A stretch of DNA of 64,000 bases from Candidatus Poribacteria bacterium (GTDB lineage: Bacteria; Poribacteria; WGA-4E; WGA-3G), in the NCBI GenBank assembly GCA_965242965.1, contig OZ251518.1, positions 4,800,001 through 4,864,000 on the forward strand, in the 5' to 3' direction. Every line of letters starts with the position of its first letter. Position 1 is the stretch's first letter. Below the pieces are notes generated by a model. The model had not been told where the DNA came from. It saw only the letters and a program-made list of their open reading frames with translations, and made no database searches. Shown in pieces: positions 29,190-39,214 of the stretch. Both the position numbers and the translations under genes were made by a program.

Positions 29190-30613
29190 CGTAAAATTCC
29201 TTCGCTTTTCAGCCGTTGAATCAATTGTTCTTGCGTGCCGCTGCCCTTCATCGAATTGCAAGCACCGCACAACAATTGAAGGTTATCAAAATGATCTGTG
29301 CCACCTTTAGATTTCGCGTGAACATGGTCTACTGTCATATTCCGAAACGGGAACAACACTTGGCAGCCGTTGCATTTCCCTTCTTGTAGTCCAAACAAGG
29401 TGTGCTTATGCGTCCGATACCGCATTGCCCCAACCTGAGTCCGTCCCGCCTCAGAAAAATCGGAACGTTTGGGGACATCCGTTCGGTGGACAACTTCGCC
29501 GAGGATACCTCCCTGTTCAAAAAGCCCTTCTTTTTGAAGACGCAGTTTTACCAATTCAATGGCTTTGGGGCTGATGTCAATGCCTATCCAGCCGCGTTGT
29601 AGCCGCTCAGCGGCGATGCATGTGGTAGCACAGCCACAGAACGGGTCAAGCACCATATCACCGGGGTGCGTGCTTGCGGCAATGAGGCGTTCAAGCAAAG
29701 CGAGCGGTTTCTGTGTCGGATATCCCACCCGCTCCTTACTTGTCCCCGTTAAATTGGGAATATCCACCCAGATGTTGTTCAACATCTTGCCTTTTTGCTC
29801 GTCGAGGTATCGCTTCTCGCGAGGCACATTCCCGGGCCGGGTTTGAACGACACGCCCGGCTTCAATCTCCGCTTGCATCCGTTCTTTTGTCCACCGCCAC
29901 GTTCTGACAACACCCATCACCTCATAGGTGCGATTAGACCGGAGGTCCTGGATAGGTGCTGTTATTTCGGAATAGCGAAAGAGCCTCCCCGTTTCAGGCT
30001 CAACCTGCCGGTACTGCTTTTTCGTTTTCTCGTCCAAATTCGCCAAATCGTAGGGGATGGTGACTGCTTCAGGATTCCATACAAAATCGGCACTCTTTGT
30101 ATAACGCAGGATGATGTCGCAATCCCGCGCAAGCCCCTTTTTTAGGTTTCCCTTTCGGGTTACCGTCCGTTGCCAGATAATCTCATCCCGAAAATTGTCC
30201 TTACCGAAAATGCTATCCATGATCACTTTGAGGTAGTGGACAGCGGCATCGTCGCAGTGGACATAAATGGTGCCGGTAGGTTTCAAGATGCGCCGCATCT
30301 CCAACATCCGAATGCCCATCATGATGAGATACGCCTTCATGGGTTTCCCATGCGTGAATTCGGCGGCACTGATAGCGTGGTAAAGTGCTGGTTCTCTCTC
30401 GGCGAGTTCGCCGTGCCAGGCGTTATCTAAATCGCTCAAGGACCAGGAATCTTTGAACGCCGCGCCTGCTGCATCGCTTCCTATCGGAGCCTCGTAAGTC
30501 CGATTGGAATTGAAGGGTGGATCTTGATAAATCGCGTCAATAGATTCTGTATCCATTCCGCGGAGAATGAGCAGGTTATCGTTTTCAAAGACGGTTCGAT
30601 TTTTGACGTTCAT
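29186..30613 (-). CDS. N4/N6 DNA methyltransferase fused to a C-terminal HNH endonuclease
   Basis: DPPFN, YPTQKP, DPFCGCATT; CNGC..DH....KGG.D..NLQLLC..CN. Confidence 0.9.
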   Translation of the reverse strand: MNVKNRTVFENDNLLILRGMDTESIDAIYQDPPFNSNRTYEAPIGSDAAGAAFKDSWSLSDLDNAWHGELAEREPALYHAISAAEFTHGKPMKAYLIMMGIRMLEMRRILKPTGTIYVHCDDAAVHYLKVIMDSIFGKDNFRDEIIWQRTVTRKGNLKKGLARDCDIILRYTKSADFVWNPEAVTIPYDLANLDEKTKKQYRQVEPETGRLFRYSEITAPIQDLRSNRTYEVMGVVRTWRWTKERMQAEIEAGRVVQTRPGNVPREKRYLDEQKGKMLNNIWVDIPNLTGTSKERVGYPTQKPLALLERLIAASTHPGDMVLDPFCGCATTCIAAERLQRGWIGIDISPKAIELVKLRLQKEGLFEQGGILGEVVHRTDVPKRSDFSEAGRTQVGAMRYRTHKHTLFGLQEGKCNGCQVLFPFRNMTVDHVHAKSKGGTDHFDNLQLLCGACNSMKGSGTQEQLIQRLKSEGILR

Positions 30614-30693
30614 TTTTTTTTCTGATGTCCGGGTAGGCGCGCTTCCAAAGCGCGCCTATCGGATTCGTGCTGCGTCCGTCCCGCTCAACGTGT

Positions 30694-31020
30694 TCAACGA
30701 GAACGACCAAACTTTGCCTTAAGTTCGGTTAAGCCGCTGCTGGTTAATTGATAAACCGCTAGCGGATTGTTATCGACTAGCCAGCCCTTGGCTTTCCAGC
30801 GACTAATCATGGTGCCCACCGTCTTTCCCCAAGCCAAACTGCCGCCGGCATCGAGGCGTTTGATTTCTCCGGGGGGTAAGTTGAGAAGGCAGTCAATCTT
30901 ATCTAGAACGTCTTGTCTGCGATGGCAGCGGCCATCCGACAACAGGTCGTAGAGAATTGGCTCAACCGATGCTTTGCGGTTGATATCTCCGTTATGGTGG
31001 TACTTGATTTCAAAAGTCAT
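30694..31020 (-). CDS. Winged-helix protein resembling the Mrr N-terminal domain
   Basis: AGGAGG SD; 'LLSDG..H...V', 'YQLTSSG'; AT-richer. Confidence 0.6.
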   Translation of the reverse strand: MTFEIKYHHNGDINRKASVEPILYDLLSDGRCHRRQDVLDKIDCLLNLPPGEIKRLDAGGSLAWGKTVGTMISRWKAKGWLVDNNPLAVYQLTSSGLTELKAKFGRSR

Positions 31021-31140
31021 GTTCGGTTTGTAAACCTCCTATGAAAATGGCCGTCGGTATCCGAACCAGACAGCTCATTCAATCTAGAATCATCGGTTAA
31101 TCCTGCAATAGTTATTGCAGGATATGCTACCTAATTAATC

Positions 31141-31662
31141 GAGGGTGTTTCATAATTCGTTCAACGTCGCGGTGACAGGCCCCGCGCGACGGTGAAAAAA
31201 CGCTGCCCCTTCATCGTAGGGCGAGGGCCTGTCCCTCGCCATCGTCCGCGCTACGGAAAAAACGTCTCTTGTTCTCTTCAGGTCCGTAGGACCTTAATGT
31301 CTATAGCACGCTCCCCCGCGAGGAATCCTAAGGTCCTTTAGGTCATTAATAGCTTTTGACATGCCCGCGCGTGTTTCTATTAAGGACCTAAAGGACCTTG
31401 AAAACAGAACGACACGGGCTGCTATAGACATGTAGGTCCTAAAGGACCTAAAACGCCCCTCTTGACGATAGAGATCGCGGGGGACAGGCCCCCGCGCTAC
31501 GGGCGGAGGAACGCATCCCTTTTTCACCGTAGGGCGAGGGCCCTCGGATGCCCCACGCGCATCCGAGCGGGTTTCCCTCGCCAGCATCCGCGCACTCCAA
31601 CGCTCGCGGGGGACAGGCCCCCGTGCTACGGGAACATCGAGACCAGGAGGTCTCTCCTACCG
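31141..31662. repeat. TIR left end plus REP and foldback cluster
   Basis: Starts GAGGGTGTTTCATAA; contains aggtcc-gta-ggacct foldback block and GTAG hairpins. Confidence 0.8.
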
Positions 31663-31679
31663 GGAATTTGAAACAGTGC

Positions 31680-32243
31680 CTAATCAAAAAAACGCGCAAC
31701 TTGACACGAAAACCCCTCAACGACATCCTCACCGGTGAGGGTGTCATCGCACTGGAGGAGGCGAAAGGCTTTATCGGGACAATACACCGCCACGGTTTTC
31801 AGCACCGGATCGATTACCCAAACCATCCGAGTGCCAGCGTCCAGATAAGCCTGAACCTTATCCGAAACGTCCCACTGCGAGTCTGTCGGAGAAACCACCT
31901 CAACTGCCAGGTCTGGGGGGACAGGCGAACCCTTCGTCTCGTCTTCGGGCAGGCGCGCTGTGGAAACGAACGCAACATCCGGCTTCAATAAACGTTCACC
32001 CACCCGAAACGACGTTTCCGCCGTATATCCGTCCCCTAACTGGTTTTGATAAACGTGCCGGTCCAAGTAGCGGATAACACTGACACTGATCTTCCCGTGG
32101 AGGATTGCTGCAGGTGCCATCGGCACGAGTTCTCCTTTTACGTATTCGTATCCTTCAACATCGTTCTGGAGGAATTCCTCCACCGTCATTTTTTCGGGAA
32201 CTGGAGGAGGCGGTTGTTGTGGGAAACCTGCTTGTGGATTCAT
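31680..32243 (-). CDS. Uma2 family endonuclease
   Basis: YEYVKGEL, KPDVAFV, PPDLAVEVVSP, VWVIDP. Confidence 0.93.
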   Translation of the reverse strand: MNPQAGFPQQPPPPVPEKMTVEEFLQNDVEGYEYVKGELVPMAPAAILHGKISVSVIRYLDRHVYQNQLGDGYTAETSFRVGERLLKPDVAFVSTARLPEDETKGSPVPPDLAVEVVSPTDSQWDVSDKVQAYLDAGTRMVWVIDPVLKTVAVYCPDKAFRLLQCDDTLTGEDVVEGFSCQVARFFD

Positions 32244-32300
32244 CTGCTTATTCCTCTCTGGGTAGGCGCGGGGTTTCAAACCGCGCCTACCCAAACAAGA

Positions 32301-33095
32301 CTACCGGGTATTTTTGATGGCACCCCACGTCACCGCGAGTTTGCCATGGGGCTCAACGGCGAGTCCTGTATCAGACTTGAAGTTCTGATTGACTTCCGCT
32401 TCGTCCAGCACCCTGTCATAGATGCTGAATTCGTCAATGATGCCTTCAAACACGCCGAATTCGCCATCGGCTCTGCCGTCTATCCCGATGAAGACGTGAT
32501 TTTCAAAGTCTTCCTCAGGGAATAGCGCGAGATCCAGCACCGCCTCCGTGGTGGCTTTGCCATCGACGAAGAATTGGACTTTGCTGTCCGCCGGCATCCC
32601 CGCAACAGCGATATAGTGCCATTTATTGTCGTCAATGGTGTTCCCGCCGTCTTCGGCATTGCCTACCCAGCCGGTGTCAAGGTTAAGGATACCATTGCGC
32701 ACCCACAAGGTTTTCGGGCCCTTGTCATCAGTCCCAGGTCCGCCGGTTTTGGAGAAAATTACGCCGGGACCGGAACTCCCGGTTTTTATCCAAGCCGCCC
32801 ACGTAAAATCGGCGTTGAAATCGAAGGTTTCTGGATTCTCGATTTCAATGAAATTGGCATCGTTTGCATCAAATTCAAGGGCATCGCCGATTTTCCCCGC
32901 GACCTTTTTCAAATTACCGTTGATGGTGCCGGCGCGATTGCCGGTGCCATCTTTCACGGTTTTGTCCTGAATGTTGTGAGCATCAAAACTCCAATAGCCG
33001 ATGAGTCCATCCTCGACGAGCTGCGCGGGGAGGTTTGATGCGAGTGTTAAACTGATGGTGACCAGCACCAGCATACATAGAGCACTTTTAAGCAT
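32301..33095 (-). CDS. Secreted LamG/ConA-like domain protein with TWG tail
   Basis: Signal peptide, LIGYWSFD, GKIGDALEF, GIIDEF.IYDRVL, GKLAVTWGAIK. Confidence 0.9.
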   Translation of the reverse strand: MLKSALCMLVLVTISLTLASNLPAQLVEDGLIGYWSFDAHNIQDKTVKDGTGNRAGTINGNLKKVAGKIGDALEFDANDANFIEIENPETFDFNADFTWAAWIKTGSSGPGVIFSKTGGPGTDDKGPKTLWVRNGILNLDTGWVGNAEDGGNTIDDNKWHYIAVAGMPADSKVQFFVDGKATTEAVLDLALFPEEDFENHVFIGIDGRADGEFGVFEGIIDEFSIYDRVLDEAEVNQNFKSDTGLAVEPHGKLAVTWGAIKNTR

Positions 33096-33159
33096 AATAA
33101 ATCTCCTTTGATGGTAGTGTTGATACGAAACATATTTTCGTAGGTGCTACAAAAAAACG

Positions 33160-33725
33160 CTACCCCTCACCGTAGCGCGAGGGCCTGTCCCTCGCGATCG
33201 CAGCATGGCGGGGGACAGGCCCCCGCCCTACGAAAAAAACGCTCCCCCTCACCGTAGCGCGAGGGCCTGTCCCTCGCGATCGTGTTGAGACGAAACATAT
33301 TTCTATTGGCTTCACCGTAGCGCGAGGGCCTACCCTTCGCGATCGCAGCATGGCGGGGGACAGGCCCCCGCCCTACGATAAAAAAACGCTCCCCCTCACC
33401 GTAGCGCGAGGGCCCTCGGATGCCACACGCGCATCCGAGCGGGTTCCCCTCGCCAACGTTCGCGCGCCAAGCTCTGTAGGTCAGGATCGCCTGATCCTGA
33501 CCCGTTTGTGATCAGGCGATCACAAACTACAGCGGGGCAAACACACATCGTGACGCTGGAGATCGCGGGGGACAGGCCCCCGCGCTACGATAAAAAACGC
33601 TCCCCCCTCACCGTAGGGCGAGGGCCTGTCCCTCGCCATGCGTTTGGTTGGCAGACCGCCTCACACCTGTAGGTCAGGATCGCCTGATCCTGACCCGTTC
33701 GGGAGCGGGTGCTCCCGAACTACAG
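33160..33725. repeat. GTAG-REP hairpin cluster
   Basis: Multiple gtagcgcgagggcctgtccctcgcg and gtaggtcaggatcgcctgatcctgacc units. Confidence 0.9.
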
Positions 33726-33800
33726 AGGCCGAAACACACATCGTGTCGACACGAAACATATTTTCATAGGCGCGCTTGCAAAGCACACCTATCGCTTCGC

Positions 33801-33968
33801 CTAGCCTTTCACAATTGTCCTGAGAATCAGAAACGCGCCGCCAACGATAATAACGAAAAACGCTGCACCGATGACGAGCGAGAGAAGCACCATCACGACT
33901 TCAAAGACGATCAGGCAGATAAAAAAGAGAATGATAATGCAGAGAATCGCAAGTAAAATTATTCCCAT
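33801..33968 (-). CDS. Small 55-aa two-TM membrane protein (not in ORF track)
   Basis: MGIILLAILCIIILFFICLIVFEVVMVLLSLVIGAAFFVIIVGGAFLILRTIVKG*; AAGGGG SD; follows 34000 gene. Confidence 0.65.
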   Translation of the reverse strand: MGIILLAILCIIILFFICLIVFEVVMVLLSLVIGAAFFVIIVGGAFLILRTIVKG

Positions 33969-33999
33969 TTCGAGAATCCCCTTCTGGTGGGCGCGTGTC

Positions 34000-34755
34000 T
34001 CAATAACGCGTCTTGAGTTCGCCCCAAACCGCCGGCAACTTACCTGCCGGCTGGACTGGCAGGATTACCTCTGGGTCGCAGTCGTCCGGCGTATCGCAAA
34101 TCGCCCAGTTGTCAAAAGAAACGACGGTGAGCGCGGGCGCGCCTCTGCTTGAGCCGCCGTTCAACCCAACTTGCCCACTCTCGGGCCTGACATTCCCGAA
34201 GTCCAGTTTGCTTTCCAGCAGCCACGCTTTGGGCTCAGGTTTCCCTTCTTCCCAGATTTTACCGGCGAATCCCTTGTCCGAAATCTCGGCTTTCATCCAA
34301 TACCACTCGCCGGTTTTTATCGAACCGAAAGGCGGTTCGGTGTCATTCTGCTTCCATGCGAGATGGTCATTTAGGAATTCCATGTTGTTGAGAAAATGGT
34401 GAATGAGGAATGCGTATCCGGAAGCGTCGCCCGGGTCAAGCCGAAAGCCGAGCCCGCAGCGCGCCAGGTCTCCATCACCCCAATCATCAACACGAATCAT
34501 GACGAGGCCGGTGTGCGGTTCTTCAAAACCACCGTTAAGCACGAGGTAAGTGTGGTCTCCTGGGGACTCATCGGTCTGGGTGATAACGCCCCCCTTTTCT
34601 ACCCAGTCGCCTTCGTGATTTTTGAATTCATACTTCGCGTCGATTTTCCCATCCTCAAAATCGTCGAGGTATAACACCTCGGCGTGAGTGCTGACACTCC
34701 AAGCGAAAAGGGTGAGGCACGCTAGCATGATAGCCGAAATTTTTATCGTAATCAT
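34000..34755 (-). CDS. Secreted ConA/jelly-roll-like protein with TWG-type tail
   Basis: Signal peptide, DDFEDG, VSFDN; C-terminal GKLPAVWGELK. Confidence 0.8.
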   Translation of the reverse strand: MITIKISAIMLACLTLFAWSVSTHAEVLYLDDFEDGKIDAKYEFKNHEGDWVEKGGVITQTDESPGDHTYLVLNGGFEEPHTGLVMIRVDDWGDGDLARCGLGFRLDPGDASGYAFLIHHFLNNMEFLNDHLAWKQNDTEPPFGSIKTGEWYWMKAEISDKGFAGKIWEEGKPEPKAWLLESKLDFGNVRPESGQVGLNGGSSRGAPALTVVSFDNWAICDTPDDCDPEVILPVQPAGKLPAVWGELKTRY

Positions 34756-34782
34756 TAGTATTCACCTCCTATAGTTATCTCC

Positions 34783-34876
34783 CGTAGGAGAGACCTCCTG
34801 GTCTCGATGCCCTCTGGTAGGAGATCCCTCCCGGTCTCGATGCCCTTTGGTAGGAGATCCCTCCTGGTCTCGATGC
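34783..34876. repeat. Three tandem GTAGGAGA-type REP units
   Basis: gtaggaga(g/t)(a/c)cctcc(t/c)ggtctcgatgc x3. Confidence 0.85.
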
Positions 34877-34919
34877 AATAGAATCCGCCTCCCGAAGGAC
34901 GGTTCGCATCAGTCTACCT

Positions 34920-35399
34920 GAGGGTGTTTCATAAGTCCGTTATGGATGCCTCTTCAGGTCCTTTAGGTCCTTAATGTCTATAGAAAAACAGACATGCCAC
35001 TATTTTCAAGGTCCTTTAGGTCCTTAATCAAGCGGCAGCCAAGCGAGTCAAAGCACATTAAGGTCCTACAGACCTTAGAGTGCGCTGCGGTGCAGGATGC
35101 TATAGACATTAAGGTCTTCCAGACCTGAGGCATGGCGAGGGGGTTTCCCCCGCGATCTCTCCACCGCTGCGGAAAACGCCTGCAGCCCCGAGACCCCGGA
35201 TGTTTGCGGCTCAGACCGGGGCATGGCGAGGGACAGGCCCTCGCCCTACGGTGAAAGCGGCAATCAAGCATGGCGAGGGACAGGCCCTCGCCCTACGTGA
35301 AGAGGCGGCGTTTTTTCACCGCAGCGCGGGGCCCTCGGATGCCACACGCACATCCGAGCGGGTTTCACCGCGACGTTGAGCGATTTATGAAACCCTCTC
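34920..35399. mobile_element. MITE-like element with 15-bp TIRs and 9-bp target-site duplication
   Basis: GAGGGTGTTTCATAA...TTATGAAACCCTCTC flanked by direct repeat AGTCTACCT (34911-34919, 35400-35408). Confidence 0.8.
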
Positions 35400-35406
35400 A
35401 GTCTAC

Positions 35407-36246
35407 CTATTGCGCGCTTTTGAGTTTGCCCCAGGTCGTCGCCATTTTTCCGGCGGCATCGACATCCAATGCCCCTTCAATGCCCTCGCCGAGTTTTTGG
35501 ACATCATCATCGGAGAGTGCCACGTTGAAGACGACGACTTCGTCGATGATACCTTCCCATTGGCACCGCATGCCGCAGCCCGGGTCTGCACCGATGTAGA
35601 CTGCTTCGGGTGATGCCCACGGCGGTTCTTTGGCATCTTCGCTGTTTTGGAGTTTGCCGTTCACGTAAACGTGAAGTTGCGCGCCGTCCCAGACTCCGAC
35701 GAGATGCACCCACTCCTTCGCGGAGACTTCATCGCCGAGGACTTCTAGTTTTGCACCGTTGTTGCCGGCGCGGATGTGAAACGCGGCATTCGTGGTATTT
35801 TCGCCGTTCTCATGGGCACCCGTGCCGAGCAAAAACTGGGACCAGGTTGAACATCCGAGTCCTTTCCAGATGACGCACTTGCCCGTCGGGTCTGCCGCTG
35901 CGTAGACCCAGGCGTGGATAGAGAACCCTTCGGCTTCCTTGAAGTCCAGCGCGGCGAGCGTCTTCTCTTCGCCTTTAATGCCGAGTTTAACCCACGTATC
36001 TTGTCCGTTAAACTCTAAGCCGCCACCGAATTTGCCCTTGGCCCACTGCAGATCACCGACGAATTCGCCATCGGTTCCGTTTCCGGAGAGGTCTGTGACA
36101 GTTTTGCCTTTTCCTTCCTCAAACGTCCACATCCCGGCGATAGTTTTTTCGTCTAGGTTGGCACGACTCACCGTTGCTACCGCCAAACAGAGGGTGATGA
36201 CAGCGATGGCGGCGAGCACGCGATTCATATCGGTTTTGAAAAACAT
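35407..36246 (-). CDS. Secreted LamG domain protein with TWG tail
   Basis: WTFEEG.G, GKFGGGLEF, WVHLVGVWDG, GIIDEV; GKMATTWGKLK. Confidence 0.9.
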   Translation of the reverse strand: MFFKTDMNRVLAAIAVITLCLAVATVSRANLDEKTIAGMWTFEEGKGKTVTDLSGNGTDGEFVGDLQWAKGKFGGGLEFNGQDTWVKLGIKGEEKTLAALDFKEAEGFSIHAWVYAAADPTGKCVIWKGLGCSTWSQFLLGTGAHENGENTTNAAFHIRAGNNGAKLEVLGDEVSAKEWVHLVGVWDGAQLHVYVNGKLQNSEDAKEPPWASPEAVYIGADPGCGMRCQWEGIIDEVVVFNVALSDDDVQKLGEGIEGALDVDAAGKMATTWGKLKSAQ

Positions 36247-36321
36247 GCTTTCTCCTCTCGTGTATTGCGCGGGGAAGCGCGCGGTTGAAGCCGCGCCGCC
36301 CGCGTGCGTTTCAGGACGCTC

Positions 36322-37077
36322 TTATTTTTTCAGACTTCCCCATGTGACAGCGAGTTTCTGTTTCGCGTCTACGGCGAGGGTTGCCTCAAAACCATCGTTC
36401 ATCACAGTCTGGACATCGTCAGCATCCAAGACGGTGTTGAAGATAATGAACTCGTCGATGAGCCCTTCCCATTGCCGCTGGTTATCCCATGCGCCAATAA
36501 AAGCCGAGTCAAGGATACCGGGGTTCCCACCCCAGTCGTTTTCGACATCAAGTTCGCCGTTAATGAAAAAGCGGATTTTCTTTTCCTTCGCGCTGTAAGC
36601 GGTGGCAATATGCACCCATTCGTCCATCTGATCGCCGGCTAACTTATAGAGCGCGAACGTATCGTTTCCGCCGGGGTTACCGTTAATGGAGAACTCAACC
36701 CTTGTGTCAGGGTGAAGTTGATAGTGGATGTCGCCTGCCTTCCAGCCAGCGTTGTTGAAAAAGACGCGCCAGTCCGCTTCTCTCCCCGTGGATTTCACCC
36801 AGTGTGCGAAGGTGATTTCCTCAAATTCGCCAAGTGCCTGAGGGATGGTAACCCACTCATCTTTGCCGTTGAGTTCGATTGCTTGGCCGATTTTGCCATC
36901 AACAAATTTTCCACCTTCCAGTTCGCCGTCAAATCCGTTGCCGGAAATGTCGTCGGCATTGCCGTCAAAAACCCACGCTGCGGCAATCATATCCGCCGTG
37001 ATTTCGGCGAAACTGGGCATGCTGAAAGCCGCCATGAGCAGTAAACCGAGGGTTATGATGATAACTTTTGATTTCAA
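36322..37077 (-). CDS. Secreted LamG domain protein with TWG tail
   Basis: TTG start with AGGAGG SD; GKIGQAIEL, WVHIA, GLIDEF; KLAVTWGSLKK. Confidence 0.9.
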   Translation of the reverse strand: MKSKVIIITLGLLLMAAFSMPSFAEITADMIAAAWVFDGNADDISGNGFDGELEGGKFVDGKIGQAIELNGKDEWVTIPQALGEFEEITFAHWVKSTGREADWRVFFNNAGWKAGDIHYQLHPDTRVEFSINGNPGGNDTFALYKLAGDQMDEWVHIATAYSAKEKKIRFFINGELDVENDWGGNPGILDSAFIGAWDNQRQWEGLIDEFIIFNTVLDADDVQTVMNDGFEATLAVDAKQKLAVTWGSLKK

Positions 37078-37175
37078 CGATTTAGCCTCCTGTTAGTCCA
37101 ATTCAAGTTTGAGAAAATTATAGCATAAAACGTGACAAAATTCAAACAAAAAAGTGTCATATTTCCGGCAGGCAC

Positions 37176-37740
37176 GGTAGGATAGCCCTCTAGTCTCGAT
37201 TTTCCCGTAGCGCGGGGCCTGTCCCCCGCGATCGTTGGAGTGCGCGAGCGATGGCGAGGGACAGGCCCTCGCCCTACGATGAAGGGACGTTTTTTTCCGT
37301 AGCGCGGGGGCCTGTCCCCCGCGATGGCTCAAGAACCGTTTTTTTTCGTAGCGCGGGGGCCTGTCCCCCGCGATCGTTGGATTGTACTGGAACGATGGCG
37401 AGGGACAGGCCCTCGCCCTACGATGAGGGGTGGCGTTTTTTTTCGTAGCGCGGGGGCCTGTCCCCCGCGATCGCTATTGTCAAGATGCATCTTAGGTCCT
37501 TTAGGACCTACATGTCTATAGCAGCCCGTGTCGTTACATTTTCAAGGTCCTTTAGGTCCTTAATAAAAGACGCGCGGTGCGTCAAAACACATTAAGGTCC
37601 TACAGACCTTAGCGTTCTTTGCAGCCTGACGGGCTATAGACATTCAGGTCCTACGGACCTAAGAACCGCTTTTTCCCGTAGCGCGGGGGCCTGTCCCCCG
37701 CGATCGTTGGATTGCATCGAGACCAGGAGGTCTCTCCTAC
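37176..37740. repeat. GTAG-REP cluster with aggtcc/ggacct foldback block
   Basis: Repeated gtagcgcgggggcctgtcccccgcg; foldback block at ~37490-37665. Confidence 0.9.
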
Positions 37741-37741
37741 C

Positions 37742-39103
37742 TTAAAACGAACTGTCGCGCGTCGTTAAGGGACACCAGCGCGTCGTTACTAGGTAACGAA
37801 GCAACACCGATTTCGCCTCTGATGTGCCGATGCGGTGGAGCGCGTGCACTGCATCACCGCGGACATAACGGTTCGCGTCGAAAAGCACGTTTTGCAAACC
37901 CTCAACCGCCTCAGCTGCATGTTCCCCGATGCGCGCAAGTGCGAAGACCGCGTTGCGCCGCACGCCATCACGATTATCCGACAAGGCATCGATTAACTGC
38001 GGCACCGCCACCGAACCCCGTTGGCTCGTCGTGCCTAACGCCTCTATCGCGTGTGCCCTCACAGAAGTGGAGTCATCGGCGAGGATATCTACCAACGCTG
38101 GCGCGGCGGACTCCGCCTTCGTTCCCAAATCGCCGAGTGCCTCCGCCGCGTTGTCTCGGACATGCTCACGCGTGTCCGTTAACGCATCGCGCAACGCATT
38201 GACTGCCGGTGTCCCAACAGCATTGAGTGCGTAACAGGCGTTGCGGCGCATCGGTTCTGAGCCGTGGTGCAGGCATCCTATCAACGCGGGCAGTGCCTCC
38301 TCGCCAAAGTGGTTTCCGAGCGCGTAGGCGGCTTGCAACCCAGCCGATTCAGAATCGCTGTCCAACGCCGCAATTAACGTTGAAAGAGAATCAGAAGCCC
38401 GCGGGTGTGAATGCCCGTTCTCCTCACCGAGATGCCACTGCCAGAGATGCTGAAACATCTCCCCATGTTCTGCAGGAACGTTCGTCCATTCTGTCTCCTG
38501 ATTCGCCCACGTGGGCTCCTGCGGTTCGGACATCCGGGCATAGAGAAATTTCATCATATACCGCTTTTTGTCGCTCCGATTCGGCATCGCACGGTGCCAC
38601 AAATCGTAGTTAGCGAACGCCACCGTCCCCGCTTTCCCACAGATGGGCTGTTCAGGCGAGATATGCGCGCCTTCGCGCGTGCTATAATAGTGGCTCATCG
38701 GCACAACACCTGTCGGACCGAGGGCGACCGGCGTATCCTGCGGATAATAGAAGACGAGCAACCTGCGCGTATGGTGGGACCACCGCTTGCCGCCATCTTG
38801 ATGCATCCCCTGTCCCTTGCTACCGGGCGGATTGTAGTGCGGATGCCGATGCGGCTGCATGTAATAATCGGGCCCGAGCAAACTCGTCAGCGCGCCTTTG
38901 ACGTTCGCATCGTCTAGCACCTGCTGAATCTCTGGTAACCGCGGCACAAGATTGTTGCCGGGATTTCCCTCTCTATCGAAAACCGCGACTGTTTTTTCAT
39001 AGAGGGCATCGTGAAATTCCGCCGGCAGTGCAGTTGTGACGGTGACGTAGCCGTTCACAATGAATTCCTGCATCTGCGCGTCTGTTAAAAGGGGTTCTGC
39101 CAT
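37742..39103 (-). CDS. PhyH-like dioxygenase fused to HEAT/PBS-lyase repeats
   Basis: MHQD, YYPQDT, LWHRA; C-terminal 'VR.NAA.ALG' repeats. Confidence 0.88.
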   Translation of the reverse strand: MAEPLLTDAQMQEFIVNGYVTVTTALPAEFHDALYEKTVAVFDREGNPGNNLVPRLPEIQQVLDDANVKGALTSLLGPDYYMQPHRHPHYNPPGSKGQGMHQDGGKRWSHHTRRLLVFYYPQDTPVALGPTGVVPMSHYYSTREGAHISPEQPICGKAGTVAFANYDLWHRAMPNRSDKKRYMMKFLYARMSEPQEPTWANQETEWTNVPAEHGEMFQHLWQWHLGEENGHSHPRASDSLSTLIAALDSDSESAGLQAAYALGNHFGEEALPALIGCLHHGSEPMRRNACYALNAVGTPAVNALRDALTDTREHVRDNAAEALGDLGTKAESAAPALVDILADDSTSVRAHAIEALGTTSQRGSVAVPQLIDALSDNRDGVRRNAVFALARIGEHAAEAVEGLQNVLFDANRYVRGDAVHALHRIGTSEAKSVLLRYLVTTRWCPLTTRDSSF

Positions 39104-39214
39104 TTTTCATATCCTCCACGGAAATAATTCTCAGTTGCGACTATTATCGCATAATATCGCACAATTTGCAAGTTGTGCATCCCGGGCTTGATGCAAGCGC
39201 ATCGGGCCCACCTC

